A DNA stretch of 64,000 nucleotides from Candidatus Spongiisociaceae bacterium (GTDB lineage Bacteria; Actinomycetota; Acidimicrobiia; Spongiisociales; Spongiisociaceae). Numbering within the stretch: position 1 is the stretch's first letter; the number at the start of each line of letters is the position of its first letter. The notes under the pieces were generated by a model. The model made no database searches, was not told the DNA's origin, and saw nothing but the letters and a program-made list of their open reading frames with translations. This document shows positions 17,780 through 32,700 of the stretch, piece after piece. The stretch spans positions 2,976,001 through 3,040,000 of the forward strand of contig CBDCOH010000002.1 in the NCBI GenBank assembly GCA_965219685.1, read 5' to 3'. Made by a program: the position numbers and the translations under genes.

Positions 17780-20700
17780 TTAGAGGGGGGTGACCCCTAG
17801 TTGACGGTGGGGCGTGATGTCGTAGATGCTCGCCCCGTCTTTGTCTCTGGAGTAGACAACGACTCTGACCACGTCGCCCGCCTGGGGCCGGAACGCCACG
17901 CATGGCGGGGCACTCTCGCCGTTGTTGATGTAGGTGTCGTTGTCGTCCATGGCATACAGCACTCCATGATCGGCACCATTGCCCTCGGTTGCGAAGTGAG
18001 TGGCCGGGATCTCGTCGGCGAGATTGCCACCGAAGGTCTGATGCACGGTGATCTTCCTGTCGTCACCATCGCCGTCGGTAGCGGCCACGTAGACATTGGT
18101 GGCGGCTGTGGTGCCACTGGCGGTAGCGCCAGTCAGACTCTGATAGATGATCTGAACACCGTCGGTGTGGGGGTCACCGTCCACGAGCAGACCCTCGCTG
18201 TCCACTTGGGCCCGAGCGATCCGGTAAGCGATATCCAGGCTATGAGTGGTCCGTGCGATGTCGTTGACCGAGAACGATGCCGCGGCCATACCGCGGCTGC
18301 TGCTGCCGGATCTGATGCTCGGCGTCTTGACGACATCGGAGATTGTTTGCACGCCGGGGGTGTCCGGGTCGATGTCGGTGAAATGCTCGGAGCCGTTCCC
18401 GTCAAGCGCCAGGGTAATCCTGTAGGCATTGCCGTTGTCGTCCAACCGGATACCCTCACCGTACTGGTCCAACAACCGGGCGGAGACACTGATGTCGGCG
18501 TCGTCGCCGTCACCGTCACCATCGACCAACACATACTCGGTGGCCGAAATGGCGGTCTTCTGATAGACGGGCGTGTCCTCAACCCAGTTGAAGGTGATGG
18601 TGCCCATAGTGTTGGCCGTGCCGTCGGTCTTACCGTCGGCATCGACCGTGAACATCACCATGTCGACTACGTCTTGGTCTGCGGCGCTCTCCACATCCTT
18701 GGGAGCACTGACCGTGAACGTGACCGTCCCGTCATCGCTGGTTGTCCTGGTCGCCTCATGGATGTTCTCATAGGTGATGACAAAGCTGTCGCCGGCGTCA
18801 GCGCCGTCCGGACCACGGTCGAAGACGTACCTCGTCCAACTCACCCGGATTCCCACGCCACCCTGCTTCACAGCACCACCACCTGAGTCGGTGAGTTGGC
18901 CGGTGACCACCACAGAACGGGTCGAACCTAGGTGAACTAACTTGCCGGAATCGGTAGGAGCTCCGGTGGTGGTCCTGTCCATGCCGTCGGCCGAGTCACT
19001 GCTGATCGAGGTGGTCACAGCCACCGAGTCTCTGACGGGAATCCACGACGCGGCTGCCGATACGTAGTCGTCATCGTCCAGGTCGAAGACATCTCCCGGT
19101 TCGCTGCCTATCCACGCATAAACGGTATGGGTCCTAGAGGTTGTGCCCTCGACCGCCGGGGTGGCGCCGATGCGGGCTTCGAAGTGGATGTTGCCGTTGC
19201 GATCGGTCTTGTGGTCATCGGTGCCCCATACGCAGTCACCAACCGTCTGCCTCCCGTTGCATCGGCCGGCCCTGGTGCCCGAAGTTATGAAATGAGCATC
19301 CTCGCCGCAGATGTCAGCACAGTTGTTCTGGAAGATGTCCACCAGCCCGTCGGTTACGGGACCGAACTCATCGTCTCGGACAGAGATCAGCATTGTGGCA
19401 ACGTATTCGCCGTAGTCGGCCGTGTTGTCGGCCTGAATGCTCAGACCGGCCGGGCGCACGTTGGAGTGAGCCAGGGCCCCAGCCAAGAATTCGGCGGTAG
19501 ACGCACGGGTAATCAGGTCGGACGAACCAAAGGTGGTGGAAGTGAGCCCGGTGACTACGCCCAACTCATACAACTGCGTGATGGCGCTATACATGTCCCC
19601 GCCGATCGAACCCACGTCGGTGTAGGGCGACTTGATCTCGGGCGCCACGTCCAAGCCGTGCTCGTCCCTTACCTTGACCTCCTCGTTTTTGGCTACGAGC
19701 GACGGTGTGTAGCCGTAGAACGTGGTGTCGTCCATCGCCGGATCACCATCCGTGAGGGGAGTCACCAGGTTCATCAACCGGGCGATGAACAGTGCCATCT
19801 GGCCACGGGTCACAACGTCGTGAGGGGCATACGTGGTAGGGGTGGTACCCCGTGTGATCCCAAGCGCCATCAGTTGCTTAATGCTGGCCTGAGTCCCGTA
19901 AGCCAAGTCGCCGATGTCGGTGAAGCCGATATCGGGGGTCGCGGGCACTTCGATTCCCACCCTTCGGGCCATGCGTGTCAGGAATAACGCCACCTGCCAG
20001 CGGGGTACGAAGCCCGACGGCGAATAGGTGCTGCCATCGCCGGTACCTATGGTGATGCCGTAGTACGCGATGCAGTGGATGTCATCGGCGTTGGGGTGCT
20101 CCGCGGGAACATCCACGAAGCCCCAGGGCTCCGAAGCGGCATTGACGCACGCATCGAACGTCGGCGTGTAGTCCGGCGTCGGATCCACGTCGGCAACTTC
20201 CGGCACTGTCCCCGACTCCGGCGTGGGCGTGGCGGGCTCGGTCGGATCGGGACGTTCGCGAATGTTCGTCGTGACCGTGGTGTTGACGGCCGGTGGGGGT
20301 CCGCCTCCGCCGCGGGGGTTGGTGATGGTGAGAGAGAACGTCTCATCGCCCTCTTCGACAGCGTCCGCAATCGTGGTAATCGTGACGGTCTTGGCGGCGG
20401 CGTCGGTTCGGGTGAAGGTGAGCGTTCCTGATTTGGCTACGTAGTCTTCGCCTGCTGAAGCTGTGCCGTCGGCGGTGGTGTAGTCGACCAACAGGTCAGC
20501 GGTAGGGATCACTCCCTGCGGAGTCAGGGTGATGGTGTAGCTGGAGCTATCGCCCTCAGTTACCGACGACGAACCCGAAAGACTAACGGTGATCGGGTCG
20601 CTCTCCGATATCGTGGCCGTCGCCGAAGTCGCACCGCTCCTCAACGATATCTGGGACGACAGCGTCGAGGTGATCGTCCCCAACGTCACCGTGAACCCCT

Positions 20701-23700
20701 CAGACGTTTCCGACAACCTGTCGTCGGTGGCGGTGATCGTGATGGTCTCAGTCGCTCCCGCCGCGCTGTTGGCCGCGAACGTGACCGTCCCGGACGTGGC
20801 CGACAGGTCCGAACCCTCAGCGGCGTCGGTGCCCAGCGGCGCCGACCACCCCACTGAAACCTCAGCCGCCACCGACTTGGACAGGGTCACCACAAACTCC
20901 GCGTCCGAGCCCTCCGCCACCGCCGCCGAAGGCCCCGAGATCGACAGCACCGCGCTGTCCTTATCATCCGGGGTCCCGGTAGTCGTCTTGTCATCATCAG
21001 TCAACGTCACCGACGCCGACGCCACCGACAAACCCACCTCTGTGGTCGTGCTGCCGGGGATGGTGATCGACTCGTCGCCCTCGACCACCGCATCATCAGT
21101 CGGGGTGATCACCAAAGTCCCCGTGCCGCTCGACGAGGTAGCGGGAATCGTGATCGACGCCAACGACGTCCCAACCGTGTAGTCAGTGTCCTTGGTCGCT
21201 CCGCCGGACAACGTGCCGATGGTCACGACCGTGGACCCCGGCAGCGTGCTGCCGTTCAACGTGGCGGTCACCGTCACCGACGTCTCCCCATCATCCTCGC
21301 CCAGACTCGACGGAACCGCACTCAACGTGATGCCCGACGGCGCATCATCGTCGTCCGTGATAGTGGTGGTCACCGACGCTGACGTGTTCAGGCTGGGGGT
21401 GGGCCCGCCCCCGCCCGAAGGACTCGAGATCGACACCGTGAACGTCTCACCCGTACCCTCGTCCACATCGTCCTCAGTGGTCTGGACCTTGAACGTCTGC
21501 GACCCCGCCGCGGTGCTGGTGAACGTCAACGTGCCCGACTTGGCCGTGTAATCCGTCCCCGCCGTTGCTGTGCCGTTCGCTGTCCCGTAGCTGACGGTGA
21601 GATCCGCAGTGGGGGTTACACCGGTGGGTGACAACGACACCGTATAGGACGTGGTGGAGTCCCCCTCGTCCACCGACGACGGCCCACTGATGTTGACAGT
21701 GATCGCATCCGAGGCTGAGATCGTCGCGGTCGCCGAGGACGCACCACTCTTCAACGAGATCTGGGACGAGAGCGTCGAGGTGATCGTCCCCAACGTGACA
21801 GTGAATCCCTCCGACGTCTCCGACAACTTGTCGTCGGTGGCCGTGATCTTGATCGTCTTGGTCGCTCCCGCCGCGCTATTGGCAGCAAACGTGACCGTCC
21901 CCGACGTGGCCGACAGATCAGCAGCGACCGCCGCATCAGCAGCCAACGGCGCCGACCACGCCACCTTCACCTCAGCCGCCACCGCCGCCGACAACGTCAC
22001 CGTAAACGACGCGTCCGAGCCCTCAGCCACCGCCGAGGCGGGACCCGAGATCGACAACACCGCGCCGTCCGTATCACCCGGAGACCCGGCGGGTGGCTCA
22101 TCATTCGGATTCCCGAGGGGCGCCTTGCGGCTGTCAGTCAGCGTCACCGTCGCCGACGTCACCGACAAACCCACCGCGGTGGTGGTGCTGCCGGGGATGG
22201 TGATGGTCTCGTCACCCTCGACCACCGTATCATCGGTCGGGGTGATCTTCATAGTCCCCGACCAACTCGCCGTGGTCGCCGGAATAGTGATCGAAGCCAA
22301 TGACGTCCCAACCGTGTAGTCGGTGTCCTTGGTCGCCGAACCCGACAGGGTGCCAATGGTCACGGTCGTGGATCCCGGCAGCGTGCTGCCGTTCAACTTG
22401 GCGGTCACCGTCAACGAAGTCTCCGCATCGTCCTCACCCAAACTCGACGGAACCGCGCTCAACGTCACACCCGAAGGCGCATCATCATCGTCGGTGATGG
22501 TGGTCGTCACCGTCGGCGACTTCGCGAGACTCGGTGCGGGCCCGCCCCCGCCCGAAGGACTCGAGATCGACACCGTGAACGTCTCCCCCGTCCCCTCATC
22601 CACAACGTCCTCGGTGGTCTGGACCTTGAACGTCTGCGACCCCGCCGCGGCGCTCGTGAACGTCAACGTGCCCGACTTGGCCGTGTAATCCGTCCCCGCC
22701 GTAGCCGTGCCGTTAGCTGTTGCGTAGTTCACCGTCAGATCAGAGGTCGGTGTCACGCCCGACGGCGACAACGACACCGTGTAATTGCCGGTGGCGTCGC
22801 CCTCATCAACCGTCGACGGCCCACTGATGTTGACAGTGATCGCATCCGAGGCTGAGATCGTCGCCGTCGCCGAACTGGCGCCGCTCTTCAATGACACCTC
22901 CGACAAGGTCGACGTGATAGTCCCCAACGTGACCGTGAACGTCTCCGCTGTCTCCGACAACTTGTCATCGGTAGCGGTGATCGTGATCGTCTGCGTCGCC
23001 CCCGCCGCGCTACCAGCCGCGAACGTCACCGTCCCCGACGTGGCCGACAGATCAGAACCCTCAGCGGCGTCGGTGCTCAGCGGCGCCGACCACGCCACGT
23101 CAACCTTTGCTGCTATCGCCGCCGACAGCGTCACCGTAAACGAAGCATCCGAGCCCTCAGCCACCGCCGACGCGGGACCCGAGATCGACAACACCGCACT
23201 GTCCTTATCATCCGGCGCCTCGGTGGTCGTCTTGTCATCATCAGTCAACGTCACCGACGCCGACGCCACCGACAAACCCACTGCGGTGGTGGTGCTGCCG
23301 GGGATGGTGATCGTTTCGTCGCCTTCCACCACCGCATCATCAGTCGGGGTGATCACCAAAGTCCCCGTGCCGCTAGCAGTGTTCGCCGGAATAGTGATCG
23401 ACGCCAACGACGTCCCAACCGAGTAATCGGTGCCCTTGGTCGCCGAACCCGACAACGTGCCGATAGTCACGGTCGTGGATCCCGGCAAGGTGCCGCCCGC
23501 CAATGTGGCGGTCACCGTCACCGAAGTCTCCCCATCGTCCTCACCCAAACTCGACGGACTCGCGCTCAACGTGATGCCCGACGCGTCGTCATCGTCCGAG
23601 ATGGTGGTGGTCACAGTCGCCGACGTGTTGAGACTGGGAGCGGGTCCGCCCCCGCCCGACGGACTCGAGATCGACACCGTAAACGTCTCGCCGGTGCCCT

Positions 23701-26700
23701 CATCCACATCGTCCTCAGTGGTCTGTACCGAGAACGTCTGCGACCCCGCCGCGGTGCTCGTGAACGTCAACGTCCCCGACTTAGCCGTGAAATCCGTCCC
23801 CGCCGTCGCAGTCCCGTTCGCTGTCCCGTAACTCACCGTCAGATCCGCAGTCGGGATCACCCCCGACGGCGACAACGACACCGTGTAGTTGGTGGTGGCG
23901 TCGCCCTCATCAACAGACGAAGGCCCACTGATGTTGACCGTGATCGGATCCGAGGCTGAGATCGTCGCCGTCGCCGAGGACGCTCCGTTCTTCAATCCCA
24001 CCTGCGACGACAGCGTAGAAGTGATCGTCCCCAACGTGACGGTGAACCCCTCAGACGTTTCCGACAACTTGTCGTCGGAGGCGCCGATGGTGATCGTCTG
24101 TGTCGCTCCCGCGGCACTGTTAGCAGCGAACGTGACCGTCCCCGACGTGGCCGACAAGTCAGCAGCGACCGCCGCATCGGCTGCCAGCGGCGCCGACCAA
24201 GCTAGCTGGACCTTCGCCGCTACGGATTTGGACAGCGTCACCGTGAACGAAGCGTCCGAGCCCTCAGCCACCGCCGAGGCGGGACCCGAGATCGACAACA
24301 CCGCACTGTCCTTGTCATCCGGAGTCTCGGTCGTCGTCTTGTCATCATCAGTCAACGTCACCGACGCCGACGCCACCGATAAACCCACCGCGGTGGTGGT
24401 GCTGCCCGGAATCGTGATCGACTCGTCACCTTCCACCACCGCATCATCAGTCGGGGTGATCACCAAAGTCCCCGTGCCGCTCGACGAGGTAGCGGGAATC
24501 GTGATCGACGCCAACGACGTCCCAACCGTGTAGTCAGTGTCCTTCGTCGCTCCGCCCGACAACGTGCCGATGGTCACCACTGTGGATCCCGGCAGCGTTC
24601 CGCCCGCCAACGTGGCCGTCACCGTCACCGAAGTCTCCCCATCGTCCTCACCCAGACTCGACGGGCTCGCGCTCAACGTGATCCCGGACACATCGTCATC
24701 GTCCGAGATGGTGGTAGTCACCGACGCCGACGTCGCGAGACTCGGTGCGGGCCCGCCCCCGCCCGACGGACTCGAGATCGACACCGTAAACGTCTCCCCC
24801 GTCCCCTCATCCACATCGTCCTCGGTGGTCTGCACCGCAAACGTCTGGCTGCCGGCTGCGGTCTGGGTGAACGTCAACGTGCCCGACTTGGCCGTGAAGT
24901 CCGTCCCCGAAGTGGCCGTACCACCAGCTGTCCCGTAACTGACGGTGAGATCCGCAGTGGGAGTCACCCCCGACGGCGACAACGACACCGTGTAATTGGT
25001 GGTGGCGTCGCCCTCATCAACCGCCGACGGCCCACTGATATTGACCGTGATCGGATCCGAGGCCGATATCGTCGCTGCTGCGGCCTTCGCCGACGAAGCC
25101 AGCGATATCTGTGATGACAGTGTCGAGGTGATCGTCCCCAAGGTCACCGTGAACGTCTCCGCTGTCTCCGACAACTTGTCGTCGGTGGCGGTGATAGTGA
25201 TCGTCTGGGTCGCTCCCGCCGCACTGTTAGCCGCGAACGTCACCGTCCCCGACGTGGCCGACAGATCAGAACCCACCGCCGAGTCAGTATTCAGCGGCGC
25301 CGACCACCCCACCTGAACCTGCGCAGCCACCGACTTCGACAGCGTCACCGTAAACGAAGCGCCCGAACCCTCAGCCACAGCAGAGGCGGGACCCGAGATG
25401 GACAACACCGCGCTGTCCTTGTCATCCGGGGTCCCGGTGGTCGTCTTGTCGTCATCGGTCAACGTCACCGTCGCCGAAGTCACCGACAAACCCACCGCGG
25501 TGGTGGTGCTGCCGGGAATCGTGATGGTCTCGTCGCCCTCCACCACCGCATCATCAGTCGGGGTGATCTTCATAATGCCCGTGCCGCTAGCAGTGTTCGC
25601 CGGAATCGTGATCGACGCCAACGACGTCCCAACCGTGTAGTCGGTGTCCCTGGTCGCTCCGCCTGAAAGGGTGCCGATAGTCACGGTCGTGGACCCCGGC
25701 AGCACGCTGCCGTTCAACGTGGCGGTCACCGTCACTGACGTCTCCCCATCATCCTCACCCAGACTCGAGGGAACCGCGCTCAACGTGATGCCCGACGCGT
25801 CGTCATCGTCGGTAATGGTGGTAGTCACAGTCGCCGACGTGTTGAGACTCGGGGTGGGCCCGCCCCCGCCCGACGGGCTTGAGATCGACACCGTGAACGT
25901 CTCGCCGGTGCCCTCATCCACATTGTCCTCGGTGGTCTGCACCGTGAACGTCTGGCTACCGGCTGCGGTTTGGGTGAAGGTCAACGTGCCGGACTTGGCC
26001 GTGTAGTCCGTTCCGGCAACAGCGGTGCCGTCAGCTGTCCCGTAACTGACGGTGAGATCCGCGGTCGGGGTCACACCCGACGGCGACAACGACACCGTGT
26101 AATTGGTGGTGGCGTCGCCCTCATCAACAGACGAAGGGCCGATGATGTTGACGGTGATCGGATCCGAGGCCGAGATCGTCGCCGTCGCCGAGGACGCCCC
26201 GTTCTTCAATCCCACCTGCGAAGACAGCGTCGAGGTGATCGTCCCCAGCGTGACGGTGAATCCCTCCGCTGTCTCCGACAACTTGTCGTCGGTAGCGGTG
26301 ATGGTGATCGTCTTGGTCGCTCCCGCCGAACTGTTGGCCGCGAACGTCACGGTCCCCGACGTGGCCGACAGGTCCGAACCCTCAGCGCCGTCGGTGCTCA
26401 GCGGCGCCGACCAACCCACCTTCACCTCAGCCGCCACCGACTTGGACAACGTCACCGTAAACGACGCATCCGAGCCCTCAGCCACAGCAGAGGCGGGACC
26501 CGAGATGGACAACACCGCGCTGTCCTTGTCATCCGGCGTCTCGGTGGTCGTCTTGTCGTCATCGGTCAACGTCACCGTCGCCGAAGTCACCGACAAACCC
26601 ACCGCGGTGGTGGTGCTGCCGGGAATCGTGATGGTCTCGTCGCCCTCCACCACCGCATCATCGGTCGGAGTGATCTTCAGGGTTCCGGTGCCGCTCGACG

Positions 26701-29700
26701 AAGTGGCGGGAATCGTGATCGTGGACAGCGTCGTGGCTGTGTAGTCAGTGCCCTTCGTCGCTCCGCCGGACAACGTGCCGATGGTCACGGTCGTGGATCC
26801 CGGCAGCGTGGCACCCGCCAACGTGGCGGTCACCGTCACCGACGTCTCCCCATCATCCTCACCCAAACTCGACGGAACCGCACTCAACGTAATGCCCGAC
26901 ACGTCATCATCGTCGGTAATGGTGGTGGTCACCGACGCCGACGTACCGAGGCTCGGTGCGGGCCCGCCCCCGCCCGAAGGACTCGAGATCGACACCGTGA
27001 ACGTCTCCCCCGTGCCCTCATCCACATCGTCCTCCGTGGTCTGCACCGAGAACGTCTGGCTGCCGGCCGCGGTACTGGTGAACGTCAACGTGCCCGACTT
27101 GGCCGTGAAGTCCGTCCCCGAAGTGGCCGTGCCGGCAGCTGTTCCGTAACTCACCGTCAAATCAGAGGTTGGGGTCACGCCGGCCGGTGACAACGACACT
27201 GTGTAATTGGTGGTGGCGTCACCCTCATCAACCGCCGAAGGGCCGCTGATAGAAACGGTGATCGGGTCGCTCGCGGATATGGTTGCTGTAGCGGCCTTCG
27301 CCGACGAAGCCAGCGACAACTGCGACGACAGCGTCGAGGTGATCGTCCCCAACGTCACCGTGAACGTCTCCGCTGTCTCCGACAACTTGTCGTCGATAGC
27401 GGTGATCGTGATCGTCTTGGTCGCTCCCGCCGCGCTATTGGCAGCGAACGTGACCGTCCCCGACGTCGCAGACAGGTCCGAGCCCTCAGCGGCGTCGGTG
27501 CCCAGCGGCGCCGACCACGCCACCTTCACCTCGGCCGCCACTGACTTGGACAACGTCACCGTGAACGACGCCTCCGAACCCTCAGCCACCGCCGCCGAAG
27601 GACCCGAGATCGACAACACCGCGCTGTCCTTGTCATCCGGAGTCCCGGTGGTCGTCTTGTCATCATCAGTCAACGTCACCGTCGCCGAAGTCACCGACAA
27701 ACCCACCTCTGTGCTGGTGCTGCCCGGGATAGTGATCGACTCGTCGCCCTCCACTACCGCGTCATCGGTCGGGGTGATCTTCATAGTTCCAGTGCCGCTA
27801 GCAGTGTTCGCCGGAATCGTGATCGACGCCAACGACGTCCCAACCGTGTAGTCGGTGTCCTTGGTTGCCGAACCCGACACCGTGCCAATGGTCACGGTCG
27901 TGGACCCCGGCAGCGTGCTGCCGTTCAACGTGGCGGTCACCGTCACCGACGTCTCGCCATCGTCCTCGCCCAGACTCGACGGGCTCGCGCTCAACGTGAT
28001 GCCCGACGCGTCGTCATCGTCAGTGATGGTGGTGGTCACCGTCGCCGACGTGTTGAGGCTAGGGGTAGGGCCGCCCCCGCCGGAAGGGCTCGAGATGGAC
28101 ACCGTGAACGTCTCCCCGGTGCCTTCATCCACATTGTCCTCGGTGGTCTGCACCGTGAACGTCTGGCTGCCGGCCGCGGTTTGGGTGAACGTCAACGTGC
28201 CCGACTTGGCCGTGAAGTCCGTCCCCGAAGTGGCCGTGCCGGCAGCTGTTCCGTAACTCACCGTCAAATCAGAGGTCGGTGTCACTCCGGCCGGTGACAA
28301 CGACACCGTGTAGTTGGTGGTGGCGCCGCCCTCATCGACCGACGACGGCCCACTGATGTTTACCGTGATCGGATCCGAGGCCGAGATCGTCGCCGTCGCC
28401 GAGGACGCTCCGTTCTTCAAGCCCAACTGCGACGACAGCGTCGACGTGATCGTCCCCAACGTCACCGTTAACGTCTCCGCTGTCTCAGACAGCGCATCAT
28501 CAGTGGCGGTGATCGTGATCGTCTGCGTCGCGCCCGCCGCACTACCAGCCGCGAACGTCACCGTCCCCGACGTAGCCGACAGATCGGCGCCCTCTGCCGA
28601 GTCAGTACCCAACGGCGCCGACCACGCCACCTTCACTTCAGCCGCCACCGACTTGGACAGGGTCACCGTAAACGACGCATCCGAGCCTTCCGCAACCGGC
28701 GACCCAGGCCCACTGATCGACAACACCGCGCTGTCCTTATCATCCGGCGTCTCGGTGGTCGTCTTGTCATCATCGGTCAACGTCACCGACGCCGACGTGA
28801 CCGACAAACCCACCTCATTACTAGTCGAGCCCGGGATGGTGATGGTCTCGTCACCCTCCACCACCGCATCATCAGTCGGGGTGATCTTCATAATCCCCGA
28901 CCCGCTAGCGGTATTCGCCGGAATAGTGATCGACGCCAACGCCGTCCCGACCGTGTAGTCGGTGCCCTTAGTCGCTCCGCCGGACAACGTGCCGATAGTC
29001 ACGGTCGTGGGCGACGGCAGCGTGCTGCCGTTCAACGTGGCGGTCACCGTCACCGACGTCTCCCCATCATCCTCGCCCAGACTCGACGGAACCGCGCTCA
29101 ACGTGATGCCCGACGGCGCATCATCATCATCGGTGATGGTGGTGGTCACCGTCACCGACGTCGCGAGACTCGGTGCGGGCCCGCCCCCGCCCGAAGGACT
29201 CGAGATCGACACGGTGAACGTCTCCCCCGTCCCCTCATCCACAACGTCCTCAGTGGTCTGCACCGAGAACGTCTGCGACCCCGCCGCAGTGCTGGTGAAC
29301 GTCAACGTCCCCGACTTGGCCGTATAATCCGTCCCCGCCGTTGCTGTCCCGTTAGCCGTCCCGTAGCTGACAGTCAGATCCGCAGTCGGTGTTACCCCCG
29401 ATGGCGACAACGACACCGTGTAATTGCCGGTGGCGTCCCCCTCATCAACAGACGACGGGCCTGTAATGTTGATCGTGATCGGGTCCGACTCCGAAATCGT
29501 CGCCGTCGCCGAGCTGGCGCCGCTCTTCAACGACACCTCCGACAAGGTCGAGGTGATAGTCCCCAACGTGACCGTGAACCCCTCAGAGGTCTCCGACAAG
29601 TTGTCATCGGTGGCGGTGATCGTGATCGTCTGCGTCGCCCCCGCCGCACTACCAGCCGCGAACGTCACCGTCCCCGACGTGGCCGACAGGTCCGAACCCA

Positions 29701-32700
29701 CCGCAGCGTCAGCAGCCTTGGGCGCCGACCACGCCACCTCAACCTGTGCTGCTATCGCCGCCGACAACGTCACCGTGAACGACGCGTCCGATCCCTCCGC
29801 CACCGCCGAGGCGGGACCCGAGATCGACAACACCGCACTGTCCTTATCATCCGGCGTCTCGGTGGTCGTCTTGTCATCGTCAGTCAACGTCACCGACGCC
29901 GACGCCACCGACAGACCCACCGCGGTAGTAGTCGAACCCGGGATGGTGATGGTCTCGTCGCCCTCCACCACCTGGTCATCGGTCGGGGTGATCTTCATAA
30001 TCCCCGACCCGCTAGCACTGTTCGCCGAAATCGTGATCGAACCCAACGACGTCCCAACCGTGTAGTCGGTGTCCTTGGTCGCCGAACCCGACAGGGTGCC
30101 AATAGTCACCACCGTGGATCCCGGCAACGTGCCACCCGCGAACGTGGCCGTCACCGTCACCGACGTCTCACCATCGTCCTCACCCAGACTCGACGGAACC
30201 GCACTCAACGTCACCCCCGTCGGCGCACTGGTGACGGTCACCGTGAAAGTCTCCGTCACTGCCGTGTTCGTCCCATCATCCGCTGAGATAGTCGCCGTGT
30301 AGTCCTTCACCGTCGCCGACCGTGCCACCGTCCCGGACACCTTCTTGGTAGTGGCGTCATACGACAGGCCGTCGGGCAGGCCCGTCACCGTCACCGTCAC
30401 CGTGTCCCCGTCAACATCCGACACCTCGATGTCAAACGCCGTAATGGACGTCCCCTGTACATAACTCTTGTCCCCCGGGTCGGTGATCACCGGAGGAGAG
30501 TTCTCGATCAGCTTGATGATGACGTTGATGACCGAGGCGTGGCCGTTCACCGTGTAGTGAACCTCGCCCCGGTAGAACTTGGCGATCACCTGACCGTTGT
30601 GTGTCTCCGTCTCCCGGTAGTCGCCGTCTTCGGCGTCGTAGTCGAACACGGCGCCCTCTGCCACGCTGATCTGTCCGGTTCCCGAATCGATGACGAACAG
30701 CCCAGAGTCCTTGGCCTTGCCCTTCAACGTGTATGACAGCGCCACATTGTTGTAGGGAGTGCCCGTCACCGGGTCACCCACCGCCGTGCCCGCCGGTGAC
30801 CCCTCGGTGATCTCCCGGCTCGTCTTCGCGGTAACCGTCAGAGACGCCGTGCGGGTGACCTGCCCCCCATAGGCGTCACTCGCCACATATAACACCTTCG
30901 ACGCGCCCTGATTCAGCAAGTTCGCCGTCAGCACAGCAGACCCCGCCGCGCCGGAGAGGCTGACCCGCACCAGAGCAGGACGCTCCGCCGACGCCGAATA
31001 CGTCAACGCATCGCCGTCGGGATCCGAGAAGAACGCCCCCGACCCCAAAGGCGCCGTCTCATGCCAGGCAAACGACCCGCCCATCCCCAACGAACCCCCA
31101 CCAAAAGACACGCTCGAAGCAGCCGGAGCCCTATTAGCCGTCCCCTCCCCAACATCCGACCACGGGCCGGTCCTCACACCGGTGATCACAGGACCTGCCC
31201 GCTCGTCGTCGATGATCGTGATGATCGCGTCACCGACCGACACCCCCGTGGCCGTCCCCGTGACGATGATCGACTCGCTCCCCTCCACCAACTGGTCGTC
31301 CGAGATGGTGAACGTCAGGGTCGCCGATCCGCTGGTGCTGCCGTCCGCGATCGTTATGTCAGGCAAAGTCCCCACCGAATAGTCGGTACCGGACGTGGCC
31401 GTCCCGCCCGACAGCGCCAGGTCAACCGTCACAGCCCCCGAACTGCCCTGCCGGGTCGCCGTCACGGTGACACTGCCAGAAGTGGTGGGCTCGGCCAACG
31501 AAACCGGGTTGACACTCAAAGCAATATCGGGGGTGCCGCTGATCCGGCCCACCGCCCGCACCTGCGCCTCATAGGTCGCGCCTGCCTCCAAACCCGGCAG
31601 GTTCAAACTGGTAGCAGTGGCCGACAGCGCCCCGGTGTAAGCCGTCCACGCAGGCGGGTCCTCACCTTGCGCCGCTTTCTTCCGGTACTGCGCCTCGTAG
31701 CCGGTGATGACCAGACCGTTGTCATCGGCGGCCGTCCAGGTTGCGTCCAGAGCCGGATCCGTGGGCTCGCTGAACTCGGTACGAGTCAACGACGGCTCAC
31801 CGGGCTTACCCAACTCACGCTCGTTCACGCGGATGAGAACGTTGATGACCGAGGCGTGGCCGTCCACCGTGTAATGAACCTCGCCCCGGTAGAACTTGGC
31901 GATCACCTCACCGTTGTATGTCTCGGTCTCCCGGTGGGTGTCATCGGTGTGGTAGTCCAACACCGCGCCTTCTGCCACGCTGATCTGCCCGGTTCCCGAG
32001 TCGATGACGAACAGCCCAGAGTCCTTGGCCTTGCCCTTCAACGTGTATGACAACGCCACCCCGTTATAAGGAGTCCCCGTCACCGGAGTCCCCACCGCCG
32101 TGCCGGCCGGTGACCCGTCCAGGACGTCCCGGCTCGTCTTCGCAGTGACAGTTATCGACGCAGTACGGGTGACCTGCCCCCCATAAGCATCACCAGCCAC
32201 ATAAGACACCTCCGACGCGCCCTGATTCAACAAGTTCGCCGTCAACACAGCCGACCCCGCCGTGCCGGAGAGGGTCACCCCCACCAGAGCGGGGCGCTCC
32301 GCCGACGCCGAATACGTCAACGCATCACCCTCGGGATCCGAGAAGAACGCTCCCGACCCCGTCTCAGACCACGTGAACGACCCGCCCGTCCCCAACGTGC
32401 CACCAAGAAAGGACACACTCGAAGCCACAGGAGGCCGATTCGCCATCCCTTCACCAACATCCGACCACGGGCCGGCCCGCACACCGGTGATAACAGGACC
32501 CGCCCGCTCGTCGTCGATGATCGTGATGATCGCCCTACCGACGGTCGCTCCCGTGGCCGTCCCCGTGACGATGATCGACTCGCTCCCCTCCGCCAGCGCG
32601 TCGTCCATGCCGGTGAACGTCAGGGTCGCCGACCCGCTGGTGTTGCCGTCCGCGATCGTTATGTCAGGCAAAGTCGACACGGAATAGTCGATGGTGGACG